Of a stretch of 64,000 bases of DNA, positions 48,813 through 64,000 are shown piece by piece. How positions within the stretch are numbered: the stretch's first letter is position 1; each line of letters opens with the position of its first letter. This DNA is from Mobula hypostoma (Eukaryota): assembly GCF_963921235.1 (NCBI RefSeq), contig NC_086124.1, forward strand, positions 23,002,001 to 23,066,000. The letters run 5' to 3'. Below the pieces are notes generated by a model that was not told the origin of the DNA, searched no databases, and saw only the letters and a list, made by a program, of their open reading frames with translations. Made by a program: the position numbers and the translations under genes.

Positions 48813-50045
48813 AGTAAACCCGTACCGTCAATGTCCAGAGCTACAGAAATGCCAGTGGAAATTCCTAGCACTCGTCTCTGGAAGAGAAAAGATCTGACAT
48901 CAAGAAGATAGGCTACACCTGGGCACAATTTAAAAGGCTAGGCCAGGACAGGAACTCCAGAGGGCCATCCTTACCTCAGTAAGGGTGATCTAATATCAAT
49001 TTAACCTACATTTATCTCTCACATAGCACTTTAATTTCCATCATCCAAGGGCCTATCTCAGAGTCTCTTAAATGCCCCTAGTGTACCTGTGTTTATCACT
49101 AGCCTGGCAGGGCGTTCCACGCACCCACCACTCTCTGGTAAAAAGAGTAACAACTCTGACCTCTCCCCGACGCTTGCCCCCAAACACCCTAAAATTATGC
49201 CCCTCCTCCTCGTATTAGCCATTTCCTGGAAAAACTCTCTTGCATAACCTCTGGATCTCTGCCACTTATCACCTCGACCATCTCCATCAAGTCACTTCTC
49301 TCCTTCTTCGTTCCGAAGTGAAAAGCCCAAGTTCGCTCTTCGCAAGACAAGCAGCATCCTGGTAAATCTCCTCTGCACCCCTATAAATCTTCTACACCCT
49401 CCTATAATGAGGTGAACACTAATGCAGTCCAGCTAGAGATATATAGAGCTGCAATATTACCTCACGGTCTTTAACTCAGCCAGGCGACTAACGGAAGCTA
49501 ACACGGCGCAGCCCTTCTTAAGCATCCTTTGACTTGACTGAGCCAGGGACGTGGGTCCTAAGACCCTCTGTTCCGCCACGCTGCTATAAGCCTGTCTTTA
49601 ACCCTATATTCTGCCTTCAACTTCGACCCGCAAAGCGAATCGGTTCGTATTTTTCACACTTCATGCTGTTTATTTGGAGCCTCTTAGACAGGTACACGGA
49701 GCTTAGAAAAATAGAGGGCCATGCGCTCGGGAAATTCTTAGGTTACATGGTCGGCACAACATTGTGGGCCGAAGGGTCTGTAATGTGCTGTAAATCTCTA
49801 TGTTCTAGCTTGGTCAGAGGAGTAATGTCTATGCATTGAGATTATACGGTGGTCCCCGATGGGCAACACCTGGAATAAGGTATGCGGAAGTGATCTCTTT
49901 GGTTTTCAATGGATTTCTGGGGTTTTGGGTGGTTTGTCCCTGCGCCGAAAGGACGACTGAATTCCAAACGGTTCCTTTATCACGCTGCGCCTTTCGAATA
50001 ACAGGTTCACCGAGAACCCCTTTGTTCCTTCACTGGGGCCAAGAA

Positions 50046-50163
50046 CCAATCGGCGTTCTCGCAGCCTTTGTCTCCCCGTTCCAATCTGAACCGCTGGCCC
50101 CGTTTGCGCCAATCAGAGCGCGGCCCGGCTGAAGAGAACGTTCCACCGGGTGGGGTATAAATA
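50046..50163 (+). promoter_or_regulatory. Core promoter of tubulin gene F (CCAAT x3, TATAAATA)
   Basis: CCAAT at 50046, 50081 and 50109; TATAAATA at 50156-50163. Confidence 0.75.
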
Positions 50164-50247
50164 GGTGCGTTCGAGATGCGCTGCGACAAATTCGCTGAAG
50201 CTGGGAGAGCAGAGAGAGAGAGAGAGAGAGATAGAAAGATAGAGATC

Positions 50248-53210
<2,963 letters not shown>

Positions 53211-53270
53211 TTTTATTTTATGCTTGTAAAGATTAGTTTATTTTTCTTTATATTGTTATCTGAATTATCT

Positions 53271-53319
53271 AATAAAAACTATTTTATGTTTAGTTTTGCA
53301 TTGTGTTTATTTAAATAAA
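53271..53319 (+). terminator. Tandem poly(A) signals of gene F (mirrored in gene E at ~34511-34560)
   Basis: AATAAA at 53271 and 53314; both are also present in the gene E 3' UTR. Confidence 0.6.
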
Positions 53320-56300
53320 AGCAACTGCTATGCTCTCTTGGAGTACTGTGAGCAGTTTTTAGATTATGAGAACACTCAATCCTCTTTCATTGTCATTTAA
53401 AAATGCATACATGCATTAAGAAATGATACAATGTTTCTCCAGAGTGATATCACAGAAAACAGGAGAAACCAAAGACTAACACTGACAGAACCACATAATT
53501 ATAACATATAGTTACAGCAGTGCAAAGCAATACCATAATTTGATGACGAACCATGAGCACAGTAAAAGCATGGGTCCCTTTTCTAAGAAATGATGTGCTA
53601 GCATTGTGGAGGGTTCAAAGGAGTTTCACAAAAATGATTCCAGGAAGGAAAGTCTTGTCATGTGAGGAGCGTTTGATGGCTCTGGGCCTGTACTCACTGG
53701 AATTCAGAAATACGAGGAGGGATCTCATTGAAACTTTTCGCGCGTTGAAAGATCTCGATAGTGCCGATGTGGAGGGGATGTTTCCTGTGGTGTGGGCAGA
53801 AGACGCAGCCTCAGATTAGGATGACTGTTTAGAACGGAGATGAGGAGGAATTTCTTTTAGCTAGAGTGGTGAATCTGTGGAATTCGTTGCCACAGGCGGC
53901 TGTGGAAGCCAAGTAATTGGGTATATTTCAGGCAGAGGTTGATAGATTCTTGATTAGTCAGGGCTTTGAAGGTAAACGAGGAGAAGGCAGGGCAATTGGG
54001 GCTGACAGGAAATTGATCAGCTATGGTGAAATGACGGAGGAGACTCGATGGGCCAAATGGCCTCATTCTACTATATTTTATGGTCTTATAAACTGCTGTG
54101 GGGGCGGGGGGAGGGAGATAATTCAAATTCACGTTTATTGTCATGGGCGCAAGTACGTGTATGTGCCCGCTTGCAGCAGCATCAGACAACTGTCATTCCG
54201 TAAGCAGCATTCACAAGAACATTTCTGAAGCTAATTCATGTTAAGTGTCTTTGATTGTTGTGGACCACGCTTCCGGGGTAGTGGTAGAGGCAGATACATT
54301 CATAATCATCATCATTACGTGCCGCATCATATGACATGGTCGATCATAGTCTTCCATCTGACCACCTCACGCTGTTCTTATTCTTTTCTCAATCCGTGAC
54401 CATGATTGCTCTTGCCAAGTTTTCTCCCCCACGGAAGTGGGCTGACATTGCCTCATGGGCAGTGTCTTGACAGGACGTGTGACCCCAGCCATCACTAATT
54501 CTCTTTAGAGATTGTCTGCCTGGCATCAGTGGTCGCATCACCTGGACTTGTGATACATACCAGCTGCTCATGCGACCATCCATCACCTGCTCCCATGGCT
54601 TCACATGACCCTGATCGGGGTGAGGGGGTGCATAGACAGGTGCTACACCTTGCCCAAGGGTGACCTGCAGGCTAGCGGAGGGAAGAGCTTTGGTCGAGAA
54701 GTATGCCCACCCCGCCACCCGCAGATACATTCGGGACATTTAAGAAGCTCTCAGAGAGATGAATGAAAGAAAACTGGAGGGCTACGTGAGAAGGAGAGGT
54801 TAGATTGACCGATTGAAATTTATTCATCTAAGGTACATCAAAACATGCTGCGAAATTTGCTATTTGCGTTAACGCTACAGTCGCCGTTGCCGCGACACTG
54901 TTACAGCGTGGTACTTTTCCGGAGTTCAGAATTCAATTCCCGTGCCGTCTGAAAGAAGTTTGTACTTTCTTCCTGTGACCGTGGGGGTTTCCTCCCGGTG
55001 CTCCGGTTCCCAACCACAGTCCAAAGACGTATCGGTTAGTAGACGTATTGGCCACTGTAAACCGCCCGGTGATTAGGCTAGCGTGAAACAGGTGGGTTGC
55101 TGGGCAGTGCAGTGGATTGGGCCGGATGAGTCTGTTCAATCAATCAATAAACAGGAAGATCAGTAAATCCCCAAGGATATGCTGGGAGGAGCCCACAGAG
55201 AACATAATGTCATGGTAGCCGTAGCCTTTAGCGCGACGCTGTTACAACTTGGGGTGCTCCAGAGTTCGGAGTTCAATTTTGGTGCGTTCCGTCAGGAGCC
55301 TCTGTACGTCCTCCCCATGATTTCCTCCAGGTTTTCCGGTTTTCTCTGAGAGTCCAAAGACCTACCGGTTAGTAGGTTAATTGGTCATTGCAAATTGTCC
55401 CATGATTAGGTCAGGGTTAATGGGGTTTATCGGGAATTGCGGGGACGGCGTGGCTGGAAGGGCCTCCTCGCGCGGTACAATAGTTCAATAGTTCCACTTA
55501 ATGTCAGAGAAATGCATGCAATATACATCCTGAACTTCTTGTTCTTCGCAGACACCCACGGAAACAGAAGAGCACCCCAAAGAATCAGTGGCAGTAAAAG
55601 CGTTAGAACCACAAAGCCTCTCACTACCCCCTTCCATGCACCAGCAGCAGTAAAGCAACGACCCTCACCCACACCCACGCTCTTCCGCAAAATAAAAACA
55701 TCAGCACCCTGCACCCACCAAGGATGCAAAGCCCCCAGTAAAGGTCATGATCTGCAGAATAACAAAAACTAATCGTTCACCCGACAATTCGACATGCCAC
55801 AGGCGCTCTCTCCCTCCAGAATGAAGGGGAAAAGAGGCGTCTCCCTTTCACAGCGAGAGGGGAGACATAACAAACCAGTTCGCTGATTTACCATGTAAAA
55901 GTCAGTCGTGACGCTTTTTCTCCCGAGATCAGCAACAATTTCTCCCTCTCCCATCCTCTCCCGCTCTCCCACCCTCCCCCTCTCTCTTTCCCTCTCCCAC
56001 CCTCTCTCACCCTCCATCTCTCCTCTCTCTCTCCCACCCTCCCCCTCTCTCTCTCTCTCACCCTCCCTTACCCTCCTTCTCCCACCCTCCCTTCCTCTCC
56101 CATCCTCTCCCTCTCTCTCCCTCCCTTTCCCCCTCTCCTCTCTCTCTCTCTGTCTCTCTCCTCATCCTCCGTCCCCTGTAATTCACCGTTTCTCTTATGT
56201 TTACCATCTGTTGCATTGTACTGCTGCCGCAGAGAGAGAGAGATTTATAGTCTCCATCGAAATTTAACTTCCAACTGGATTTACCAGCCAGTCGCCACGG

Positions 56301-57707
56301 TTGCATCGCAGTTGTGTATCGTGAAATTTGTCCCCGTTACTCAAGGGTGTCCTTATTAATGACGCCGTTAATAACGAACTCATTCTCTGTGATTAAACAG
56401 CCCAATACATTCTTAATGAAATCTCATGACCGTGGCAGTGCAGAGCAAGGGCAGTTTTTATCTGGACAGATGGTATTGATTAATTTCACACACTGGGACT
56501 CTTCAGGGAAGCCTGGTCAAAGAACGCCTGATATTGAGCCTTGCTACGTGATTGGAGGGAGTTGAGAGTAGGCTTTAAGGCAGATGTATAATTTATATTG
56601 ACAAAGTAATCGATATTGCAGATATTTCACAAAATTTGATGGTGCAACAGTTGCCTTTAAATCTGCTGTAAATAGTACTCTTAAATACAGACAGGGAGAG
56701 AGAGAGGGAGAGGGGGAGAAGGGAGAGAGGGGAAGAGGGGAGGTGGAGAGACGAGGAGAGGGGGAGGGAAAGAGGGGGAGGGGACAGGAAAAGAGGAGAG
56801 TGGGGAGGGGAGAGGGGGAGGGGGAGAAAGGGAGAGATGAAGAGGGGGAGAGGGGAGGGTGGAGATGGGGAGAGGGAGAGAGAGAAGGAGAGAGGTAGAA
56901 AGGGAGAGAAAATGAGAGGGGGAGAAGAGGAGGATGGAGGGGGAGAGGGAGATGGGGAGAGAGAGGGGGTGAGAGAGAGATTTTCACAGAGCACAGGGTT
57001 TGCCGGGGGTTGCTGGGTGTATCACTGCATAGATAAACAAACAAACAGACAAGGAAGCAAAAGACAACATACAAAACAACAACAGTGAATCGAGCCCGTT
57101 GTTCCCTCCCTTCCATCCACAGACATGCACGTTCATCTAACCCCAGCCCCCGGTGAGCTTGTGGATCGCGATGCCCGACAGACCTGTACTGCTGTGCTGT
57201 TGTTTGTAGCATCTGTCATTCAGTTCCCTCCACAGATGCTGCCCGGCCTGTGGAGTTCCTCCGGCGGGTTTTGCATGGGGTCAGATTAACGGGGTTTCCT
57301 GTCTCTATCACGGCCGTCAGCTCATCTCAGAATCAGAATCAGGTTTAATATGCCGTGAAATTTGTTAGCTTTGCGGCAGCTGTACAATGGAATACGTGGT
57401 AAACCTAGAAAAAAACAGCAAATTACAGTAAGTAATTACTGGGGCAGTATGTCAGCATATGGTTACTGTGAAACTGTTACTGCACCAATGATCACCAGGT
57501 GGGGTTTCCTTCTAATTCCATTTGAGGTACGGAACGGGTAATGGGCTTTTCAGGCCCACTGAGCCCGTGCTGCCCAAAGACACCCATGTGACCAAATCAC
57601 CGAATAACCCGTATGTCTTTGGAATGCGGGAGGAACCCGGAGCACCCAGCGGTCATGGGGAGAACGTACAAACTGCTTACAAGCAGCAGCTGGAATTGAC
57701 CCCGGAT

Positions 57708-57800
57708 GGCACGGTAGCATAGTGGTTAGCTTAACGCTGTTACAGGGCAGGCGACCCGGGATCAGTCCCCATCGCTGCCTGTAAGGAGTTTGTCTGTTCG
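57708..57800 (+). mobile_element. tRNA-derived SINE head (family also at ~2150-2290, 29097-29280, 32640-33180, 43790-44000, 59815-60070)
   Basis: GGCACGGTAGCATAGTGGTTAGC A box, B-box-like segment, followed by GTAAGGAGTTTGT. Confidence 0.6.
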
Positions 57801-58253
57801 CTCTTTTCTCTCAAAGGTGTGAGTTGTGGTCATGCTACGTTGGCACCCATACAATCCTCAGCGATTTGAATCGACAAAACGACCCATTTCACTGTACGTT
57901 TCGACGCCCTTGTGACTAACAGAGCAAATCTTTGAACAGGCTGCCAGGGTACTGGTCTTTAAGAGGCAGTCAGACAGACACAGATGGCAGAGAATGGAAT
58001 ATTGTGGAGCTTGTGCAGACAGGTGGGATTAGTTTAACTTGGTGTGCTCAGCAGAAACATTATGGGCCGAAGGGCCTGTTTTGCGCCATTGTTCTATCCT
58101 CCTATAAAGACTACATATATCATATGTATGAGGACTAACCAATCAGGAGGGACGGATTAGTGGAGTATATATCCACCGGACAAGATATACCCAGGCAACA
58201 CTCACAACACGCTGGAGGAACTCAGCAGGTCGGGCAGCATCCGTGGAAACGAT

Positions 58254-58291
58254 CAGTCAACGTTTCGGGCCAGAACTCTTCGTCAGGACTG
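58254..58291 (-). ncRNA. Minimal type I hammerhead ribozyme motif (Penelope-associated)
   Basis: RNA: CAGUC-CUGACGA-A-GAGU UCUG GCCC-GAAAC-GUU^GACUG. Stem I CAGUC/GACUG is perfect, core boxes are intact, stem II has one mismatch, stem III is the loopless palindrome ACGU. Confidence 0.6.
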
Positions 58292-58783
58292 AAGAGGGAG
58301 GGGGCAGAGGCCCTATAAAGAAGGTGGGGGAAGGGTGGGAAGGAGAAGGCTGGTAGGTTCCAGGTGAAAAACCAGTAAGGGGAAAGATAAAGGGGTGGGG
58401 GAGGGGAAGCAGGGAGGTGATAGGCAGGAAAGGTGAAGAAGGAATAGGGGAAAACACAATGGGTAATAGAAGGAGGCGGAACCATGAGGGACGTGATAGG
58501 CAGCTGGGGGAGGGACAGAGTGAAATAGGGATAGGGGAAGGGAGGGGGAGGGAATTACCGGAAGTTGGAGAATTCTATGTTCACACCAAGGGGCTGGAGT
58601 CTACCTAGACGGAATATGAAGTGTTGCTCCCCCAATCTGAGTTTAGCCTCATCATGGCAGTAGAGGAGGCCATGTATGGACATATCCAAATGGGAATGGG
58701 AAGCAGAGTTGAAGTGGATGGCAACCGGGAGATCCTGTCTCTTGCGGCGGACGGAGCGGAGGTGCTCTGCCCCTTCCCTCTTA

Positions 58784-58820
58784 AGTCCTGACGAAGGTTC
58801 TCGGCCAGAAACGTTGACTG
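58784..58820 (+). ncRNA. Minimal type I hammerhead ribozyme motif (degenerate stem II)
   Basis: AGUC-CUGACGA-AGGUUCUCGGCCA-GAAAC-GUU^GACU. Confidence 0.5.
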
Positions 58821-59009
58821 ATCGTTTCCACGGATGCTGCCCGACCTGCTGAGTTCCTCCAGCGAGTTGTGAGAGTTGCTGTGACCCCAGCATCTGCAGA
58901 GTATTTTGTGTTTAAGATATGCCCAGGCATCTTTCCGGATTAGATGGCAGAGTGAGTCATCGAAATGTTAGTTACACCCAGCTGGAAGCCCGAGAAAAGT
59001 TTATTCGTA

Positions 59010-59150
59010 ATATAGCCCCGGAAAGCATTCGAGACTGCTTCACTACATATCCCATGGTCCTTAGACAACTTCCGCAATATGGTGACACCCAAGTCAACCG
59101 GTTGGCAGTTGCACATGCGTGATCGGATAGGGGGTGGGACGCCATGGCGG
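59010..59150 (+). promoter_or_regulatory. UFC1 housekeeping-type CpG promoter (ZNF143/ACTACA motif, ETS, NRF1-like)
   Basis: ACTACATATCCCATG at 59042 fits ACTAYRNNNCCCR; CCGGAA near 59018 and ACTTCCG near 59067; GCACATGCGT at 59111; no TATA box; CpG-dense into intron 1. Confidence 0.6.
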
Positions 59151-62100
59151 ACGAGGCGACACGCCGGGTCCTGAGTGGGATCCCGCTGCTGCGGACCAAC
59201 GCGGGCCCACGAGACGGCGAACGTTGGCGGGAGCGGCTGAAGGAGGAGTATCAGGCTCTGATTAAGGTGCCCGCTGGCCCCGGGGTCGCCGACCGACAAG
59301 TCGGGGCGGTGAGGGCGGAGGGTGCGTCTCGCCGAGGGTGTCGTGGACGGACCGGCCGCCACTTCCGGTCCTCCGGTGCTCCCAAAGGGTCCGGGCGGAA
59401 GGGATCCCGAGTCCCAATTCCCAGGTACCCGGCTCTCCCCAGTCCCCGGGCCCTCTCCCTGTCAAACCCCGCCCTACCGGTCCTCCATTCGGGGTCTATG
59501 TGAACCGGGCGGGGTGTTCTGCAGAAATTGGCGGGGGGTGTGAATGGGGACGGGTCTGCCAGGCTGGTAGCTGGCAGGTTGTCAAAATCGAGTTTATTCT
59601 GCATACACGTATGCACAGGTGTAACAAAAAACTTACTTCAGTGGCATGACAACACATAACATCCGATACACAACATTCATAAGCAAAATATAACTTTTCA
59701 ACAAGAACGAACGTAATTAAAACAAAAAAAAATCTATTTTAGGATTATTGAAGGGAATTCGTGAACCTAGTGTTTTTTAAAATTTTTTCTTTATGTATTG
59801 AGACACAGCGCGGAATAGCCTCTTCCTGCCCTTCGAGACGCGCCGCCCAGCAATTCCCTGATTTAATCCTATCCTAATCACAAGACAATTTACAATGACC
59901 AATTAACCTACTAACCTGTATGTTTTTGGACTGTGGGAGGGGACCAGAGCACCTGGAAGAAACCCACGTGGTCACGGGGAGAAGGTAGAAACTCCTTTAC
60001 AGGCAGTGGTGGGAATTGAACCCCTTCACTGGTACTGTAAAGCATTGTACTAACCACTAGGCTACCATGCTGTCCTGGTGCGGGACTATAGGGTTCTGTG
60101 TGTTTATAAATGCCACCTATAAATTTGCTGACGATACAACTATTGTAGGTAGAATTTAAGAAGGTGTACAGAGGCAAGACAGATCATCACTTTTACCGTT
60201 GTGCCATTGAGAGCATACTCACCAACTGCATCTCAGTGTGGTCTGGCAATTGTCCCGTATCGGACCGCAAAGCACTCCAGCGGGTGGTGAAAACTGCCCA
60301 GATGATTATCGGCACCCAATTGCCCACCATTGAGAACATCTACCATAAACGCTGCCTGGGCAGGGCGAAAAGCATTATCAGGGATGCATCTCACCCTAAC
60401 CATGGACTTTTTACTCTCCTCCCATCCAGTAGGTGCTACAGGAGCCTCCGCTCCCGCACCAGCAGGCACAGGAAGAGCTTCTTCCCTAAGGCTGTGACCC
60501 TGCTGAACCTCACATCACAGTGCTAAGCCGTATTGCACCCATATTGTACTGTCTCAGTACTTTTATATTTGTGCGCTGTAGCACTTCTTATTCGCAGTTA
60601 TTTTGTAAATAACACTACTCTCTGCATTTCTGGTCAGATGCTAACTGAATTTTATTGGCTTTGTATCTGCACTCGGCACAATGATAATAAAGTTGAATCT
60701 AATCTAATCACCGTCTGGTAAGAGGGGTGGAGGGAGACTGCAGAGAGTTGTAAACTCAGTCAGCTCCATCATGGGCACTAGCCTCCCATTTACCCAGGGC
60801 TTCAGGGAGCGATGCTTCAAAAAGGCGGCATCCATCATTAAGGACCCCATCACCGTGGGCATGCCCTGTTCTCATTGCTACAATCAGGGAGGAGGTACAG
60901 AAACCTGACGACACACAGCCAACAATTCAGGAACAGCTTTTTCCCCTCTGCCATCAGTTTTCTGAATGGACATTGAACCCATGGACACTATCTCACTACT
61001 TTTTTATTTCTATTTTACACTACTTATTTAATTTAACTATTATCTATATATTTTTTTCACAGTCATTCTTTTTTTTCTCCATTATTATGTATTGCTTTGT
61101 GCTGCGGCTGCAAAGGCAACCAATCTCATGATGTGCGCCCATGATATTAAAACCGATTCTGATTCTGCCTGATGGGAGTTGTGAAGAGATGGCATAGCCC
61201 GGATGGTGGGGGTCTTTGATGATGAATGCTCCCAGTCTTGAGGCAGCGCCTCACGTAGATGCTATCGATGTTGGGGAGGGATGTGTCTGTGATTGGATCG
61301 AGCTGAGTCCGCCACTCTCTGAAGCTCCTTACAATCCTGTACATTTGAACAGCTGTACCAGACCATATTGCAACCAGTCAGGGTACTCCCAACGGTACTC
61401 AAACTTGCTTTAATTTCTCCCCCAATCCCCCTTCTCACTGTCTGCCTTTCCCATTCTCGCTCACCTGCCTGTCACCTCTTTCTGGTGCCCCTCCTCCTTC
61501 CTGTCTCTCTTGGTCCACTCTCCTCTCCAATCAGATTCCTCCGTCTTCAGCTCTTTACCTTTTCCACCTATCACGTCCTCGTTTGTTACTTCACGCTCAC
61601 CCCCCACCGCCCACCTGGCTTCACTTTTCGCCACCTAGCTTGTAGTCCTTCCCCTCGCCCACTTTCTTATTCTGGCTTCTTCCCCTCCTCTTTTCCAGTC
61701 CTCCTGAAGGGCTTCGGCCCAAGACTTTGACTGTTTATTCCTTTCCATGGACAGCACCTGACCTGCTGAGTTCCTCCAGCGTTTTCAGTGCGCGTGTTCT
61801 GTCTTCTAAAAAAAAGGTTAGCATGAATGTGATGGGCCAAAGGGCCTGTTGCTGTAAGACTATGAGAAATGATTTTAATCAAAGGTTGGCAGAGGTTAAT
61901 GTGTGGATGAGCCTTTATGGTCCATAACTGCAGGGAATGGAACAAGCAGTCATGAAATGGCGCCTTGTTATGCAACACTGCCACTTCAAACCTTTTGATT
62001 AACATGAGCTCTCTTTTCACTCCAGTACGTGGAAAACAACAAGCAGGCCGACAACGACTGGTTCAGACTAGAGTCCAACAAAGATGGGACAAGGTGAGTC

Positions 62101-63137
62101 GGTAACACACACAAAAAATGCTGGAGGAATTCAGCAGGTCGGGCAGCACCCATGGAGGGGGATAAACAGTGGACATTTCGGGCCGAGAGCCTTCGTCAGG
62201 ACTGGAAAGGAAGGGGGAAGAAGCCAGAGTGGGTGGAGGGGAAGGAGGATGACCTCGAGAGTGGTAGGTGAAGCCAGGTGGGTGGGGGAGGGATGAAGAC
62301 GTAAGGAGCTGGGCTGAAGAAATAGAATGAACCGTGGGAGAACGAGGAGGAGGAGGGGCACCAGGGAGAGGGGATGGGCAGGTGAGGAGAAGAGAATGGG
62401 TAAGAGGGGAGCCAGAATGGGGAATGGAAAAGGGGGGTGGGGGGGGGAGAAATCGATGTTCATGCCATCGGGTTGGAGGCTACCCAGTCGGAATATGATT
62501 TGAGTATGACGACAGCGTGGCAGCAGAGGAGGCCGTGGTCAGACGTGTCGGAATGGGAATGGGAATGGGCAGTGGAATGAAAACGGCTGGCCACCGGGAA
62601 ATCCGGCTTGTTGCAGGCAGAGCGAAGGTGCTCAGTAAACTGGCACCCCAATCAACATCGAGTCATGTTGGTAAAGTGTTGGGGCCAGGGTCTGATATCA
62701 CTTGGGTCGCCTTTAAATCTCTGTCCGCTGAGATTTGGTTATAGACTCCCTTACCCTGAGAGGGAAATAATAGACACCCACGTTATCTACAGCCCTCGAG
62801 CTTTTATAAACCTCTATTAGGTCACCCCTCAGCTCCTTTCGCTCCGGGGAAAACAGTCCCACCTGTCCAGTTGTCATCGCAGATTGACTGGGCTCTGAAA
62901 ACTCACGCTCGTGCCTCAAACACACTTTATTTACTCGTACACAAGGAGAGCAGCGTGGCTGCTGTCACCCACGCTGTCCTGGAGTTCGGCCGTGTCCCGG
63001 ATGGGCAGAAACCGGGGAGGGTGTGGGCCGGGGAAACTGCTGCTGGTGGAATCACTGAGGCTGTCTTCCGCAGGTGGTTCGGCAAATGTTGGTACATCCA
63101 CGAGCTGCTGAAGTACGAATTCGACATTGAGTTCGAT
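59144..63137 (+). CDS. UFC1: Ubiquitin-fold modifier-conjugating enzyme 1 (UFM1 E2), coding exons 1-3; gene continues beyond the window
   Basis: Exon 1 59144-59266 [41 protein letters not shown]; exon 2 62026-62093 [23 protein letters not shown]; exon 3 63074-63137 [25 protein letters not shown] sites and phases are consistent; the sequence is recognisably UFC1. Confidence 0.95.
60164..61165 (+). mobile_element. Two tandem Rex1-like LINE 3' ends in UFC1 intron 1
   Basis: ORF 60164-60526 [43 protein letters not shown]; tails (AATCT)n and (GATTCT)n. Confidence 0.72.
62167..62204 (-). ncRNA. Minimal type I hammerhead motif antisense in UFC1 intron 2
   Basis: CAGUC-CUGACGA-A-GGCU CUCG GCCC-GAAAU-GUC^CACUG, inside a PLE remnant (62105-62655) whose ORF 62460-62651 is a GIY-YIG fragment. 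Confidence 0.5.
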
Positions 63138-63224
63138 GTGAGTGGTGATGTCGTTCCCTCTGAGACTCAGCAATTGTCCACCCTTCCCTCCCTGTTTGCC
63201 TGGCACCTTGTTCACCCCCTCCAC

Positions 63225-64000
63225 CTTGTTCCCTGACCCTTCTCCAGTCTTGCTCCTCTCTCCTCCTCCTCGTCAGCCCCCCTCCCACCTACTGCCCTGA
63301 CCCTTCTTCCTCTCCCCACACACACCTACCCTGTTTCTGCCATCCTTCTCCTCTCCAACTGCACTGTCACTCCCACTTCCCCGCTCCTCTCATCACACAT
63401 TGCTCCCACCCGCCTACCCCCGTTTTCCTCCCCTCCAACTCCCCATCACTCCCCCTTCCCATCTTTCTCCCCCTTCCCATCCCTGGCCAATTGCTCCCAC
63501 CCATCTACCCCCTTTTTCCTCCCCTGTAACTCCCCCATCACTCCCACTCCCCTCTTTCTCCACTGATATCACTTGCCAGTCGCTTCCACCCTTCTCGCCT
63601 TGTTCTCCCCCCCGCCCGTCATTCACAGCTCCCCCATTTCTCCCTCTCCCCACTTCCTTACCAACTATCACTTTCCCCAGTCAGCTAGCACATCCCCCAG
63701 CGCTCCCACTCACCCCCCTTATCTCCCCACGCTCCCCTTTATCGCTTCCATTCATCACCCCTCTATCCCCTTCCCTCCCATTTTCGCCCAACCCTTTCTC
63801 CCCTGCCCCTGCCACTCCCAGCACACGCCTTTCTCCCATCCCTAGTTCTCCCTTGTTGCTCCCACCTCCCCTCTTCCACCCTCCCTCTCCACACCCACTC
63901 TTCTCCCCAGCACCCCCATCTCTCCTCGTCCCACGTCTTCTCCCCACCCTCCTCCCTGCTGCCTGATTCCTTCTCGCTTTACTCCCCCTCTCCCTTGTTC
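63225..64000. repeat. C/T-rich low-complexity tract in UFC1 intron 3
   Basis: Direct reading; its Pro/Ser-rich ORFs are compositional. Confidence 0.8.

Larger units (their letters stand above)
58195..58912 (-). mobile_element. Penelope-like remnant with inverted terminal repeats and GIY-YIG C-terminus, just upstream of UFC1
   Basis: ORF 58555-58893 EHLRSV..DLPVAIHFNS.SHSHLDMSIHGL..EQHFIFRLGRLQPLGVNIEFSNFR; terminal repeats at 58200-58300 and 58775-58912 are inverted. Confidence 0.78.

Noticed and set aside
63400-63966. 188-aa Pro-rich ORF (and similar ORFs at 30961-31491, 56544-57212)
   Set aside because: Low-complexity pyrimidine tracts that lack stop codons by composition.

Overview
Eukaryotic, repeat-rich vertebrate DNA. 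The repeat complement (CR1, Penelope, Rex1-like LINEs, tRNA-derived SINEs) suggests a cartilaginous fish such as a ray or shark, but this is inference. The window holds a cluster of six alpha-tubulin loci. Four are intact 5-exon genes of 450 aa (B 5790-8322 +, D 18843-21171 -, E 34620-37619 -, F 50248-53210 +). Two are pseudogenes (A 2415-4199 -, C 17909-18435 -). The first three coding exons of UFC1 follow (59144-63137 +). The tubulins form two unusual isotypes. Both have remodelled outer-surface helices H11/H12, extra cysteines and partly basic tails with no terminal Tyr (...LDRRGEEEE and ...LDKRAEEED). The cluster is built from interlocking inverted duplications and shows clear gene-conversion mosaics; gene D is a type-1 gene carrying type-2 introns 2 and 3. 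Penelope-element terminal repeats scattered through the window carry decayed minimal type I hammerhead ribozyme motifs.
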